DNA of 64,000 nucleotides from Alphaproteobacteria bacterium CG11_big_fil_rev_8_21_14_0_20_39_49 (GTDB lineage Bacteria; Pseudomonadota; Alphaproteobacteria; Rickettsiales; UBA6187): NCBI GenBank assembly GCA_002787635.1, contig PCXK01000001.1, positions 4,980 to 68,979 of the forward strand, read 5' to 3'. Shown piece by piece: positions 10,247 to 19,805 of this stretch (position 1 is its first letter; each line of letters starts with the position of its first letter). The notes under the pieces were generated by a model. It saw only the letters and a program-made list of their open reading frames with translations, ran no database searches and was not told where the DNA came from. The position numbers and the translations under genes were made by a program.

Positions 10247-11632
10247 TTAAACCTTTATCCCTTTTTTTTGCAATATACCGAATATACTTTCTTTTAATCG
10301 TTCGAGTCCTTGCTTGCTATCGGATTCACATCTTATTACCAGTGCTGCCTCGGTGTTGGATGCACGCAGCAGCCACCAGCCGTCTTGTGTTAATGCCCTT
10401 ATGCCGTCAACGTCATTAACTTTTGCACCGGATTTTTTAACCTCTTGTTTTATCTCATCTACTATAAGGAATTTGCGTTTTTCATCCACATAAACCCTTA
10501 TCTCGGGAGTGTTGAACGTTTTTGGAAGCCTGTCTATTTTTTCACTTAAGCGACAATCAAGTTTTGCTACTATATTTAAAAGTTTTACTGCCGCATATAA
10601 AGCATCATCAAAACCGAAATTATCGGCAAAGAATATATGTCCGCTCATTTCACCGCCCAATATAGCATTTTCTTCGGCCATTTTGGTTTTTATAAGTGAA
10701 TGTCCTGTCTTCCACATTATAGGCACACCGCCTTTTTGTGCTATCAGGTCATATAATACCTGACTGGTCTTAACATCAGCTACTATTTTTGCACCCTTAT
10801 TATGCTTTAAGACATCTTCTACATATAACGACATTAACTGGTCGCCATATAGCATATTGCCCTTATTATCTATTACGCCTATACGGTCTCCGTCTCCGTC
10901 AAAGGCAATACCGATGTCACATTTATTTGATATGACTGCATCAATTAGCTGTTCCATATTTTTTTTAACCGACGGGTCGGGGTGGTGGGAAGGAAAGTTG
11001 CCGTCTATCTTCTCGTTCAATAATATATGTTTGCCGCTTAATTTATCGGTAAGTGACTTCATTATATCGCCTGCCGCTCCATTGCCTGCGTCCCACGCTA
11101 CTTTAAGGTCGGATTTTATATATTTACCGAAAAGATATTCGGTATAATCATCATACACATCTTCGAATGTTACAACTCCTTTGCCAGTTGCAAAACGCCC
11201 CGATGATGCTATTTGCCCTAACTCCTGAATCTCATCGCCATAAACAGGAAGCTTGCTTTTCATCATTTTAAAGCCGTTATGGGTAGGCGGATTATGAGAG
11301 CCTGTTATCATTATACCGCCGCTAGCCTGCAAATTCTGAACTGCAAAATAAAGCATAGGGGTAGGACCAAGCCCTATAAGTATAACTTCCGCACCCGTCT
11401 CCAACAATCCTTTTACAAGATTTTCTTCAAGCAGGGGGGAGCTGTGCCTGCCGTCAAAACCAACGCATATTTTTTTATTTCCTTCAGATTGTGATAATAA
11501 AGTCCCGAAAGACTTTCCGATAAAATAAGCGTCCTGTTCCGTCAGGGTATCTCCTACTATTCCTCTTATATCATAAGCTCGGAGTATTTGCGGGTTGAAG
11601 TTGTGTGTTTGGGGGGAGTTTTTACTTTTCAT
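10247..11632 (-). CDS. phosphomannomutase/phosphoglucomutase (alpha-D-phosphohexomutase family)
   Basis: 461-aa ORF. Active-site loop ITGSHNPPTHNGFK, metal loop FDGDGDRIGV and sugar loop GGEMSGH. Confidence 0.85.
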   Translation of the reverse strand: MKSKNSPQTHNFNPQILRAYDIRGIVGDTLTEQDAYFIGKSFGTLLSQSEGNKKICVGFDGRHSSPLLEENLVKGLLETGAEVILIGLGPTPMLYFAVQNLQASGGIMITGSHNPPTHNGFKMMKSKLPVYGDEIQELGQIASSGRFATGKGVVTFEDVYDDYTEYLFGKYIKSDLKVAWDAGNGAAGDIMKSLTDKLSGKHILLNEKIDGNFPSHHPDPSVKKNMEQLIDAVISNKCDIGIAFDGDGDRIGVIDNKGNMLYGDQLMSLYVEDVLKHNKGAKIVADVKTSQVLYDLIAQKGGVPIMWKTGHSLIKTKMAEENAILGGEMSGHIFFADNFGFDDALYAAVKLLNIVAKLDCRLSEKIDRLPKTFNTPEIRVYVDEKRKFLIVDEIKQEVKKSGAKVNDVDGIRALTQDGWWLLRASNTEAALVIRCESDSKQGLERLKESIFGILQKKGIKV

Positions 11633-11725
11633 GGGTTTGTATTATTTGATTTGTAAAAAATCTAATAATACAAGTAATAAAAGCTAGTATCAATATAATA
11701 GAGGTTTTTGTTGTGGTATTTAAAA

Positions 11726-12958
11726 CTACCGTACGGTAATTTTAGCTTGATTTGTGCTTTCAAGGATTCTTGCCGGATTAATTGCGTTTTTTCTTTCCGC
11801 ATCAGAAAGTTTTGCTCTAACATTGCGTTGCTGTTCGTTATCTGAGTCAGCAACTCGTTTTTGAACTTTTTCTTGTGTACCTGAGGAATTTGAAACAGAA
11901 ACATCTTTTTGTATTTCTTTTATACTTTCTTGTATCGTTTCTTCTAAATATTCTTTGAATCCTTCCCCTTTGAGTATATGTTCCTGTATCTCTATCGGAT
12001 TCATATCTCCTATTTTACCGCCTCTTCCGATAAAATTACGTATCTTGAATAGTTCGTTATCAATATTTTCCGCTCTTTTAGAATCAAATAAATTATTTTC
12101 TTCTTTATCTAATAATTGGGCGTAACCTTCTTCAAAAAAACCGGAGTTGCTAAATATCGTATCAACCGACCTTTTGGTTTCCTCTTTTACTTCAAATTTA
12201 GGTCTTTTTTCCAACTGTGTTCGCTTTCTATCTTCACTTGAAACCCATGTATCTTCGCCAAGGTAATATACGGTATCACCTGCCTTTATAAGGTCGCTAA
12301 ATTCTTCTGTCACAGGTAGCATTCCGGTTGAAACTGGTGTTTCTTTTTTGGCTTTTCCCCAAGCTTCCAGAGTTTTTCTAATAGCAGATTCGGGATCTGT
12401 ACGTATTATATCGCTAGAAATTGATACGACTTGTTTATTATTGCTTTGTGCAAAATCCTTTAGTTCGTTTATTCTGGAGATATGATCTTTAGTTTCTTTT
12501 TCCGACTTGCTGCTTTTCTCTGATATTTCTTCTTTTATAGCGTCTTTCTTTGTTTGCCAATCTGTAGGGGATATTGATTCGGTACGTGACTTTAATAATT
12601 TTAGGAATAACTCCTCAGGCGGAATATCAATAAATATAATCGGATTTTGTGTTTTTTTTATCTGTTCTTCTATATCACCATTATAATATTCTATTATGTC
12701 ATCGTTGTTTTGTGCAATAAGCTCGTCTTTTGGGATATCGCTGTCTGATATTGAGTCCATCAGCTTCAAAATAAACTTATTCTCTCCTCTATCACGCCTG
12801 TTTTTTGTAATTCTTTCTAAGTCCTCAGGAGAGGCAATTTCCTGATCCGGCATGAAAGGCTCGTGTATAGCCGTTAAACCGGAATTCTTTGCAAGTGATC
12901 TTGTAAATGCTGTTGAGGTTGATTTTGGTGGTGCAATAACCAGATAATAATCATTCAT
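11726..12958 (-). CDS. hypothetical protein: N-terminal sulfotransferase-like domain + long charged C-terminal region
   Basis: 410-aa ORF. LVIAPPKSTSTAFTRSL resembles the 5'-PSB loop (PxSGST-type) of Stf0-like sulfotransferases. ...ISSDIIRTDPESAIRKTLEAWG resembles the usual domain end. The rest is K/E/S-rich low complexity. Confidence 0.4.
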   Translation of the reverse strand: MNDYYLVIAPPKSTSTAFTRSLAKNSGLTAIHEPFMPDQEIASPEDLERITKNRRDRGENKFILKLMDSISDSDIPKDELIAQNNDDIIEYYNGDIEEQIKKTQNPIIFIDIPPEELFLKLLKSRTESISPTDWQTKKDAIKEEISEKSSKSEKETKDHISRINELKDFAQSNNKQVVSISSDIIRTDPESAIRKTLEAWGKAKKETPVSTGMLPVTEEFSDLIKAGDTVYYLGEDTWVSSEDRKRTQLEKRPKFEVKEETKRSVDTIFSNSGFFEEGYAQLLDKEENNLFDSKRAENIDNELFKIRNFIGRGGKIGDMNPIEIQEHILKGEGFKEYLEETIQESIKEIQKDVSVSNSSGTQEKVQKRVADSDNEQQRNVRAKLSDAERKNAINPARILESTNQAKITVR

Positions 12959-13059
12959 GAGTTAATCGTATTACAATAATGTTTTGTTGTAGCCGTATGG
13001 TAATATATATAATACAATTAAGTGAGGAATAAGTATATAATTTCTTCAAAAATTATTAG

Positions 13060-13836
13060 CTAATCGCATGAGGGTTTTTGACTAGGCTTCTCCGGCAATC
13101 TTGCAAATATAGGGTCTGTAATAAAAGGTGGCAAGCAGCTTACTAACCAAATTACAAAATAAAGCGGAAAAGGGAAGGCTATCCTTGCAGGATTCTTTTT
13201 AAGCCTTTTTATTATAATTGAGGCGGCTTTTTCAACGTTCATTAAAAACGGCATGGGAAAGTCATTTACATCTGTCATCGGGGTTTTTATGTATCCGGGT
13301 GTTATAACCGATAATTTTATACCGTCTTTTTGCAATGTTCCTCTTAATGCCTCGCCATAAACTCTTACGGCCGCCTTGCTTGCCGAATAAGCGGGAGAAC
13401 TCGGCAACCCCCTATAGCCTGCAAGCGATGATATTATAGCTATCTGTCCGCTTTTTTGTTTTTTCATAATATCAATCGCAGGGTGGATAGTGTGTATAAC
13501 GCCGTCAATATTGGTGATAAATATATTTTCAACCTGCTCAACGCTTTCACCTCCGCCACCGGTTCCTGCCGATATTCCTGCGTTGGCTATTACAAGGTCA
13601 AGTTCATCAATGGAGCTTATCCATTTTGTTAATTCAGCTTTATCTTTTATATCCAGTATTTTTATATGTACTTTTGCGTTTTTTTCGGTGCATGCCTTTT
13701 TTACCTCTTTTAGGCGTTTTTCATTGCGTGCAGTTAGGTAAAGGGTTATACCTTCAGCGGCATATTGCGTTGCAAGCTCGGCACCGATGCCGCTTGACGC
13801 TCCGGTTATAAGAATTTTATTCGGTAATCCGGACAT
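13060..13836 (-). CDS. short-chain dehydrogenase/reductase (SDR) family oxidoreductase
   Basis: 258-aa ORF. ITGASSGIGAELA (TGxxxGxG), NAG and YSASKAA (YxxxK). Confidence 0.85.
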   Translation of the reverse strand: MSGLPNKILITGASSGIGAELATQYAAEGITLYLTARNEKRLKEVKKACTEKNAKVHIKILDIKDKAELTKWISSIDELDLVIANAGISAGTGGGGESVEQVENIFITNIDGVIHTIHPAIDIMKKQKSGQIAIISSLAGYRGLPSSPAYSASKAAVRVYGEALRGTLQKDGIKLSVITPGYIKTPMTDVNDFPMPFLMNVEKAASIIIKRLKKNPARIAFPFPLYFVIWLVSCLPPFITDPIFARLPEKPSQKPSCD

Positions 13837-13914
13837 TTTTATTATTTTGTTTAACTCTTTATTAAATAATTATAGATACTATGTTATCAAAATAGTTTTG
13901 GATAGGATTTTTAT

Positions 13915-14553
13915 ATGTCAATTGAACAAAAATTAGATCGCAGAGGCTTTATGTTTGTTTTATCTTCTCCATCGGGGGCCGGCAAGACAACCATATCACG
14001 CCTTCTAATGCAAAATGACAATAACCTTGTAATGTCGATATCATCAACTACTCGTCCGCCACGGGATAATGAAGTACATGAAAAAGATTATTTTTTTATT
14101 AGCGAAAAAGAGTTTGAGGAAAAAATAGACAGGAAATTCTTTTACGAATATGCCGAAGTTTTCGGTAATTATTACGGAACTCCAAGAAAAAAAGTTGAAG
14201 ATTCCATATCCGAAGGCAAAGATGTTCTGTTCGATATTGACTGGCAGGGAACAAGACGGCTTACATCAAAAGCACGTGATGATATTGTTAGCGTATTTAT
14301 CCTGCCTCCATCTATGGACGAGTTAAGAAGAAGGCTGATAACAAGAGGCAAGGACTCATCGGACGTTATCGAACGCAGAATGGCAAGAGCCAGTGACGAG
14401 ATAAGCCATTGGAACGAATATGACTATGTTATTATTAACGATAATATAGATACAAGTCTGCTTAACATACTTTATATATTAAAAGCCGAACGTCTGAAAC
14501 GCACAAGACAGCACAGCCTGTCTGATTTTGTGAATAATATGTTGAGTCAGTAG
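13915..14553 (+). CDS. gmk: guanylate kinase
   Basis: 212-aa ORF. P-loop SSPSGAGKTT, SSTTRPPRDNEVHEKDYFF and YYGT motifs. Confidence 0.9.
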   Translation: MSIEQKLDRRGFMFVLSSPSGAGKTTISRLLMQNDNNLVMSISSTTRPPRDNEVHEKDYFFISEKEFEEKIDRKFFYEYAEVFGNYYGTPRKKVEDSISEGKDVLFDIDWQGTRRLTSKARDDIVSVFILPPSMDELRRRLITRGKDSSDVIERRMARASDEISHWNEYDYVIINDNIDTSLLNILYILKAERLKRTRQHSLSDFVNNMLSQ

Positions 14554-14620
14554 TTTTTTACGAAACGTTCCATTAATTGATTTTCGTACTAAAAAATATC
14601 GTATTTCCAAATTTTTAAGA

Positions 14621-14706
14621 TTGTCATCGCCGATTTGTTCGGGGGTCTTTTTGCATTAAAATGAGATCCCCCTATAATTTTCTAAGAAAATTCGGGGGAT
14701 GACAAA
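14621..14706 (-). repeat. ~85-bp palindromic 'GTCAT...GAATT' element, copy 1 (inverted relative to copy 2)
   Basis: The reverse complement reads gtcat-cccccgaatt-ttcttagaaa-attataggggga-tctcatt... This aligns block by block with 14763-14847 and 48955-49031. Termini are ttgtcat...atgacaa. Confidence 0.7.
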
Positions 14707-14762
14707 CTTACGGTACGGAAGTTATTTTAGATCACTATAAATTCATATCATATTAGAGTAAC

Positions 14763-14847
14763 GTCATTACCCGAATTGCCAAAGGCAATTATAGGGTAAT
14801 CTCATTAGTTCACCTTATAGTTTTCTAAAGAAAACGCAAGGTATGAC
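14763..14847 (+). repeat. ~85-bp palindromic 'GTCAT...GAATT' element, copy 2
   Basis: gtcat-tacccgaatt-gccaaaggca-attatagggtaa-tctcatt...gtatgac. Internal stem tacccgaatt/aattatagggta. Same architecture as copies 1 and 3. Confidence 0.7.
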
Positions 14848-14889
14848 ATAAATGAATTTAGAATTTACTAAACATAACCCCCTAATTTT

Positions 14890-15483
14890 TTACGTTTTTG
14901 TAAAAGATTTTTCCTTACCGCTCATAAGGCGTTCAATATTTTCTTTATGCTTGTAAACAACTATAACTGTTATTATCAATGTAACAAAGAATAGACCGTC
15001 ACCCCCCATTATGATTGAAACGGTATTTGCCAGTATAATCGAAGATATTGATGAAAATGATGATATACGCGAAATGTAAAAAGCTGCAAGCCATGCTATG
15101 CATGCAAATATACCCAAAGGCAGGTATAAAGCCAGATAAACGGCAAGGGTGGTCGCAACCCCTTTACCGCCTTTGAACTTTAGCCAGACCGGAAATACGT
15201 GTCCTAATACCGCAAACAAACCGCATAACGAAACTATTTCTCCGGGTGCATCTATTTGTTTTGCAATTATTATTACCACAACGCCTTTTACCGCATCGCA
15301 AAATAATGTGGCAAGTGCAAGTTTTTTATTTCCGGTACGCATTACATTAGTAGCACCGATATTGCCTGAGCCGATGTTTCTTATATCTCCTAAACCGGCA
15401 GCTTTTGTGAATAATAGACCAAAAGGTATCGAGCCTGCCAAATAAGAGCATATTACAAGTGCAATATATATAATGTTTTCCAT
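14890..15483 (-). CDS. plsY: glycerol-3-phosphate acyltransferase PlsY
   Basis: 197-aa multi-TM ORF with GSGNIGATNVMRTG and FKGGKGVAT motifs. Confidence 0.9.
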   Translation of the reverse strand: MENIIYIALVICSYLAGSIPFGLLFTKAAGLGDIRNIGSGNIGATNVMRTGNKKLALATLFCDAVKGVVVIIIAKQIDAPGEIVSLCGLFAVLGHVFPVWLKFKGGKGVATTLAVYLALYLPLGIFACIAWLAAFYISRISSFSSISSIILANTVSIIMGGDGLFFVTLIITVIVVYKHKENIERLMSGKEKSFTKT

Positions 15484-15484
15484 G

Positions 15485-16543
15485 TTAATTACTCACGTCC
15501 TGTTGATTGCTCTTTTCCTTGTTTTCTCTACTGATTTTCCGCCATTTTTGCACGGCTTTATTATGCTCCTTTAAAGTAGCGGAGAATTTATGTCCGCCTG
15601 TTCCGTCGGCTACAAAATAATATTCATCAGTTTGCATCGGATTTAAAGCAGCTTCAACAGATTTTTTTCCGGGGTTGGCAATGGGGGTAGGGGGCAGTCC
15701 GAAATTTTCATAGGTATTATAAGGTGAATCTGATTTCAGGTCTTTACGTGATAGGAGTCTTTCTAAAACATACTCACCTTTAGTTATGGCATAAATAACG
15801 GTAGGGTCTGTCTGTAGCCGCATGCCCTTATTCAAACGGTTAATAAAAACTCCTGCCACCCTTTCTCTTTCTGACGAAACGCCGGTCTCTTTTTCAATTA
15901 TAGAGGCAAGGATAAGTGCCTCCTCTTTTGATTTTATAGGTAAATTATCTGCACGTTTTTCCCACGCTTCGTCTAAGGCTTTTTGCATTGATGCCTTCAT
16001 ACGCTCAACTAATTTTTGTCGGTCATAATTGTGAGTGTATTCGTAAGTTTCGGGAAGCAGTTCGCCTTCTTTTACATCGGAAGTTATCTTCCCGCTCATG
16101 TTGGGAGCTTCATTTATAAGCTTTATTATCTGTGAGGTCATAAGCCCCTCAGGTATAGTCAGGCTATATTTTATTACATCACCTTGTTCTAATTTATGAA
16201 AAACAGCTTCAGGGGAAATATTTGCCTCAAAGCGGTATTGACCTGCTTTCATTGTTTTTTCAGGCTTGGTTATCCTTATCCATGCCGTGAATATCTCAGG
16301 ATAAGAGATTACATTTTCATCAGCTAGCTTTGCAGCTATTGCCTTTAAAGAGCTTCCTTCGGGGATATCGACTATCTTTTCCTCATTTAAAGAGCCGTGA
16401 CCTGTAAAATATTGTACGCTATAGAAAAAGGCAGCACCTACAACAATAAAACCCAAAATAACAAGGATAGCTAATAGTTTGGACAGTTTGCCCAAAACAG
16501 ATGATTTTTTTTGGCTTTCAATTACCGGAGAATCTTCATTCAC
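15485..16543 (-). CDS. mltG: endolytic murein transglycosylase MltG (YceG family)
   Basis: 352-aa ORF. N-terminal TM helix, then LASIIEKETG...ERERVAGVFINRLNKGMRLQTDPTVIY, the YceG catalytic region. Confidence 0.85.
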   Translation of the reverse strand: MNEDSPVIESQKKSSVLGKLSKLLAILVILGFIVVGAAFFYSVQYFTGHGSLNEEKIVDIPEGSSLKAIAAKLADENVISYPEIFTAWIRITKPEKTMKAGQYRFEANISPEAVFHKLEQGDVIKYSLTIPEGLMTSQIIKLINEAPNMSGKITSDVKEGELLPETYEYTHNYDRQKLVERMKASMQKALDEAWEKRADNLPIKSKEEALILASIIEKETGVSSERERVAGVFINRLNKGMRLQTDPTVIYAITKGEYVLERLLSRKDLKSDSPYNTYENFGLPPTPIANPGKKSVEAALNPMQTDEYYFVADGTGGHKFSATLKEHNKAVQKWRKISRENKEKSNQQDVSN

Positions 16544-16568
16544 GCTAACCTCCGGTTAATTTATTAAG

Positions 16569-17828
16569 TTAAACCTGTTTCATAACTAAAGAAGCATTAG
16601 TGCCGCCAAAGCCGAATGAATTTGATAAAACGGCTTTTATCTCACGTTCTTTCGCTTTGTGAGGTACTAAATCAATATCACAGCCTTCATCGGGATTATC
16701 AAGATTTAAAGTAGGAGGGGCAATATTATTGTTCATAGCCAATATAGCCAATATCGCCTCAATACCTCCGGCAGCACCGAGTGCATGACCGATAGATGAT
16801 TTTGTCGATGACATTGAAAGCTTATATGCATGGTCGCCAAATAGTTTCTTCACCGCACCAAGCTCAATAGTATCTCCCATCGGAGTTGATGTTCCGTGTG
16901 CGTTGATATAGTCAATATCGCTTATGTCTAGACCCGAATACCCGATAGCCGCTTTCATTGCCCTGTAACCGCCGCTACCGCTCGGCTCAGGTGAGGTAAT
17001 ATGATATGCGTCACCCGATAATCCGTATCCTACAACCTCGGCGTAAATTTTAGCACCTCGTTTTTTCGCATGTTCGTATTCTTCTAATACAACGACACCT
17101 GCACCTTCACCCATAACAAAACCGTCACGGTCTTTGTCCCATGGGCGGGAGGCTTTTGTCGGAGTGTCGTTGAAATTTGTCGATAATGCTCTGGCAGCGG
17201 CAAAGCCTGCAATTCCGATACGGCAAATAGCCGACTCGGCACCACCTGCGACCATAACATCAGCGTCACCATACTGAATGAAACGTGATGCGTCACCTAT
17301 TGAGTGCGCACCTGTCGAACATGCCGTAACAACTGCATGGTTAGGACCTTGGAAGCCGTATTTTATTGATATCTGACCCGATACCAGATTTATAAGACTC
17401 GCCGGAATGAAGAAGGGACTTAATTTTCTTGGTCCATGCTCATGTACTAAAATTGAATTTTCTTCAATCGAGGGAAGCCCTCCGATACCGGAGCCGATAG
17501 TAACACCGGTGCGCTGCAAACCTTCCTCATCGGTAGGCTTCCAGCCCGAATCCTCAACAGCCTGAATAGATGCCGCCATTCCGTATAATATGAAAGTGTC
17601 TACTCTGCGTTGCTCTTTTTTAGGCATTACGCTATCCGCATCAAACCCGTCTTCCTGCTCGGATATCGGAGGCACTTCACCACCTATCCTTGCGGGCAGG
17701 TCTGAAAGGTCATACCTTTTTATGGGGCGAATCGCAGACTCGCCCCTAATGATTCTTTCCCATGTAGGCTTAACACCGCAAGCAAGAGGTGTAACAAGAC
17801 CCAAACCGGTTACAACAACACGTCTCAT
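16569..17828 (-). CDS. fabF: beta-ketoacyl-ACP synthase II
   Basis: 419-aa ORF. VVTACSTGAHSIGDA (active Cys), INAHGTSTP and GHALGAAG motifs. Adjacent to acpP. Confidence 0.9.
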   Translation of the reverse strand: MRRVVVTGLGLVTPLACGVKPTWERIIRGESAIRPIKRYDLSDLPARIGGEVPPISEQEDGFDADSVMPKKEQRRVDTFILYGMAASIQAVEDSGWKPTDEEGLQRTGVTIGSGIGGLPSIEENSILVHEHGPRKLSPFFIPASLINLVSGQISIKYGFQGPNHAVVTACSTGAHSIGDASRFIQYGDADVMVAGGAESAICRIGIAGFAAARALSTNFNDTPTKASRPWDKDRDGFVMGEGAGVVVLEEYEHAKKRGAKIYAEVVGYGLSGDAYHITSPEPSGSGGYRAMKAAIGYSGLDISDIDYINAHGTSTPMGDTIELGAVKKLFGDHAYKLSMSSTKSSIGHALGAAGGIEAILAILAMNNNIAPPTLNLDNPDEGCDIDLVPHKAKEREIKAVLSNSFGFGGTNASLVMKQV

Positions 17829-17868
17829 ATATATACGTAATATCTAATGAATATTAATTTAGAGCTTG

Positions 17869-18111
17869 TTAAGCAGCTTCTTGAACTGACTTAATGAAAG
17901 CAACTGCGTCCTGTAGAGTAACGATTTTTTCAGCCTCATCGTCAGGTATCTCGCAACCGAACTCTTCCTCAAAAGCCATAACAAGCTCGACCTGATCAAG
18001 GCTGTCTGCCCCTAGGTCATCAATAAAGCTAGCATTAGCAGAAATTTTGCTTTCCTCAACGTCAAGGTGTTCCGCAACGATCTTTTTTACTTTGCTTTCG
18101 ATGTCACTCAT
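17869..18111 (-). CDS. acpP: acyl carrier protein
   Basis: 80-aa ORF with the [20 protein letters not shown] phosphopantetheine-Ser motif. Confidence 0.95.
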   Translation of the reverse strand: MSDIESKVKKIVAEHLDVEESKISANASFIDDLGADSLDQVELVMAFEEEFGCEIPDDEAEKIVTLQDAVAFIKSVQEAA

Positions 18112-18330
18112 GTTTACTTTCCAAATTAAGTTAAAAATAAAAATTAAAAAATATATAAACTCATATGCATAATATTTGTAAATTCATACGAGTCAATAAT
18201 AATTACCAACAACGGACTGTTAGCTAATGTTTTCTAAGTAAAAATAAGGTGGTTACACCAACTTTACCCAAATAATCCTACCACTAAAAGCCATTTTTTT
18301 TATAAAGTCAATTACCAAAACGCATTGACC

Positions 18331-19068
18331 TTACACCATTAACATTCCGCCGTTAACATGTATTGTCTGACCCGTGATATATCTTGCCTCGTCGCTTGCT
18401 AAAAACGCAGCGGCAGCGGCTATATCCTCAGGCAGACCGAAAGTTCCTGCCGGAATAGTGCTGGTTATCTTTTCTTTTTGTGCATCATTTAATGCATCTG
18501 TCATAGCCGTTTTTATAAAGCCCGGAGCTATACAATTTACCGTTATTCCCCTAACCGCAGCTTCGGCGGCAATAGACTTGCTCATGCCTATCATACCTGC
18601 TTTTGATGCCACATAATTTGCCTGACCGGGATTGCCGCTTACACCGACAACCGATGCTATGTTAATGATACGACCCCATTTTTTCTTCATCATTTTTTTA
18701 AATGCGGCTTTATTAAGCGTAAATGTTGCTTTTAAATTGGTTGATATTACCTCGTCAAACTCTTCATCTTTCATGCGGAGTACCAGATTATCCTTGGCAA
18801 TGCCTGCATTGCAAACAAGAATATCAACTTGCCCTGCGATCTCGCACGCCCTGTCGAATAATGAATCAACCTGCTCTTTGTCGGCAAGGTCACATGTAAC
18901 GATATGAGTTCTTTCTCCCAGTGATGATGCAACTTCTTTTAAAGCTTCTTCACGTCTGCCCGAAAGGATTACGGTCGCTCCCTGTTCATATAGCGAAGTT
19001 GCGATAGCCTTGCCTATTCCGCCTGATGCACCGGTAACTAACGCAGTTTTCCCACTTAGGTCGAACAT
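18331..19068 (-). CDS. fabG: 3-oxoacyl-ACP reductase
   Basis: MFDLSGKTALVTGASGGIGKAIA..., NAG and YVASKAG motifs, in the fabG-acpP-fabF order. I chose the internal Met at 19068. The track ORF extends to 19131 with a non-homologous leader. Confidence 0.9.
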   Translation of the reverse strand: MFDLSGKTALVTGASGGIGKAIATSLYEQGATVILSGRREEALKEVASSLGERTHIVTCDLADKEQVDSLFDRACEIAGQVDILVCNAGIAKDNLVLRMKDEEFDEVISTNLKATFTLNKAAFKKMMKKKWGRIINIASVVGVSGNPGQANYVASKAGMIGMSKSIAAEAAVRGITVNCIAPGFIKTAMTDALNDAQKEKITSTIPAGTFGLPEDIAAAAAFLASDEARYITGQTIHVNGGMLMV

Positions 19069-19182
19069 AAAAATTGCCTTATATTTTTTATCAAGGTGAA
19101 TTGTTTTATGACCGAACAAAACTTTTGTCAATGAAAGATTTTCAATCTGTGCTATAAATGCAACTTGAAGTGTGGAATTTGT

Positions 19183-19593
19183 CTAGGAAATTGAAGGTCT
19201 TATTGTAAATTTTAAAGCTGTGTGACCGTTCTTTTTTGTGATGTTAAGCTCTAAAGTTTCACCGTCACGCCTGTAAATATCAGGCTCAACAACACTCCAG
19301 CCAAGCTGTGGCAGGGTTGCTTCATAGAAAAGTTTTACATCTGAAATGCTTGCGTCAGGGCTGTAAAACTCGGCATTAATTATCCTTCCGTTCGTAGTGT
19401 CGTATGATATTGCCGCACCTTCTTGTTCCTTAAATCCGTGATAAACCGGCATATCTTCAATGCCGGAAACATAATTTTGCTTAACAAGGTTAGGGAATTT
19501 TTCAATGACCGTGTTCCTGCTCGTATTTACAAAATCCCTCGAACAAGATGCAAGAATTATAGCTGTTATTAAAAGTAAGGCTGTTTTTTTCAT
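19183..19593 (-). CDS. small lipoprotein, function unknown
   Basis: 136-aa ORF. MKKTALLLITAIILASCS is a signal peptide with a lipobox (LASC). Confidence 0.6.
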   Translation of the reverse strand: MKKTALLLITAIILASCSRDFVNTSRNTVIEKFPNLVKQNYVSGIEDMPVYHGFKEQEGAAISYDTTNGRIINAEFYSPDASISDVKLFYEATLPQLGWSVVEPDIYRRDGETLELNITKKNGHTALKFTIRPSIS

Positions 19594-19675
19594 TAGTTTT
19601 ATCCAAACAATTTAATCGAAAGCATAGTTTTAAATATGCGGTTTGCGGTATAAATTATCCATAATTATTTTTGGC

Positions 19676-19802
19676 AGTGTTCGATAAATATAGATAACCA
19701 GTATCTTCTTGTTTATTGATACAAGATGCTGAAACAAGTTCAGCATGACATAAATTAAAGATTTTAGTATAATTTATCCTAAATCTATATTTATCGAACA
19801 CT
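19676..19802. mobile_element. 127-bp MITE-like element with perfect 20-bp terminal inverted repeats
   Basis: agtgttcgataaatatagat (19676-19695) is the exact reverse complement of atctatatttatcgaacact (19783-19802). The interior carries the hairpin atgctgaaacaagttcagcatgaca, shared with the repeats at 57871 and 63721. Confidence 0.75.
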
Positions 19803-19805
19803 AAT

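Noticed and set aside
11662-11904. 80-aa - strand ORF overlapping the 3' end of the 410-aa gene
   Set aside because: It uses a different frame of the same strand and overlaps the longer ORF by ~180 nt. It is extremely AT-rich with low-complexity N/K/Y content, so it is probably spurious.
14600-14870. Possibility that the clustered short repeats (here and at 57.8, 63.7 kb) are a CRISPR array
   Set aside because: There are only two adjacent copies, in opposite orientation. They are palindromic, of unequal spacing, and related copies are dispersed singly. No cas genes are present, so they are REP/RPE-like elements and not CRISPR.
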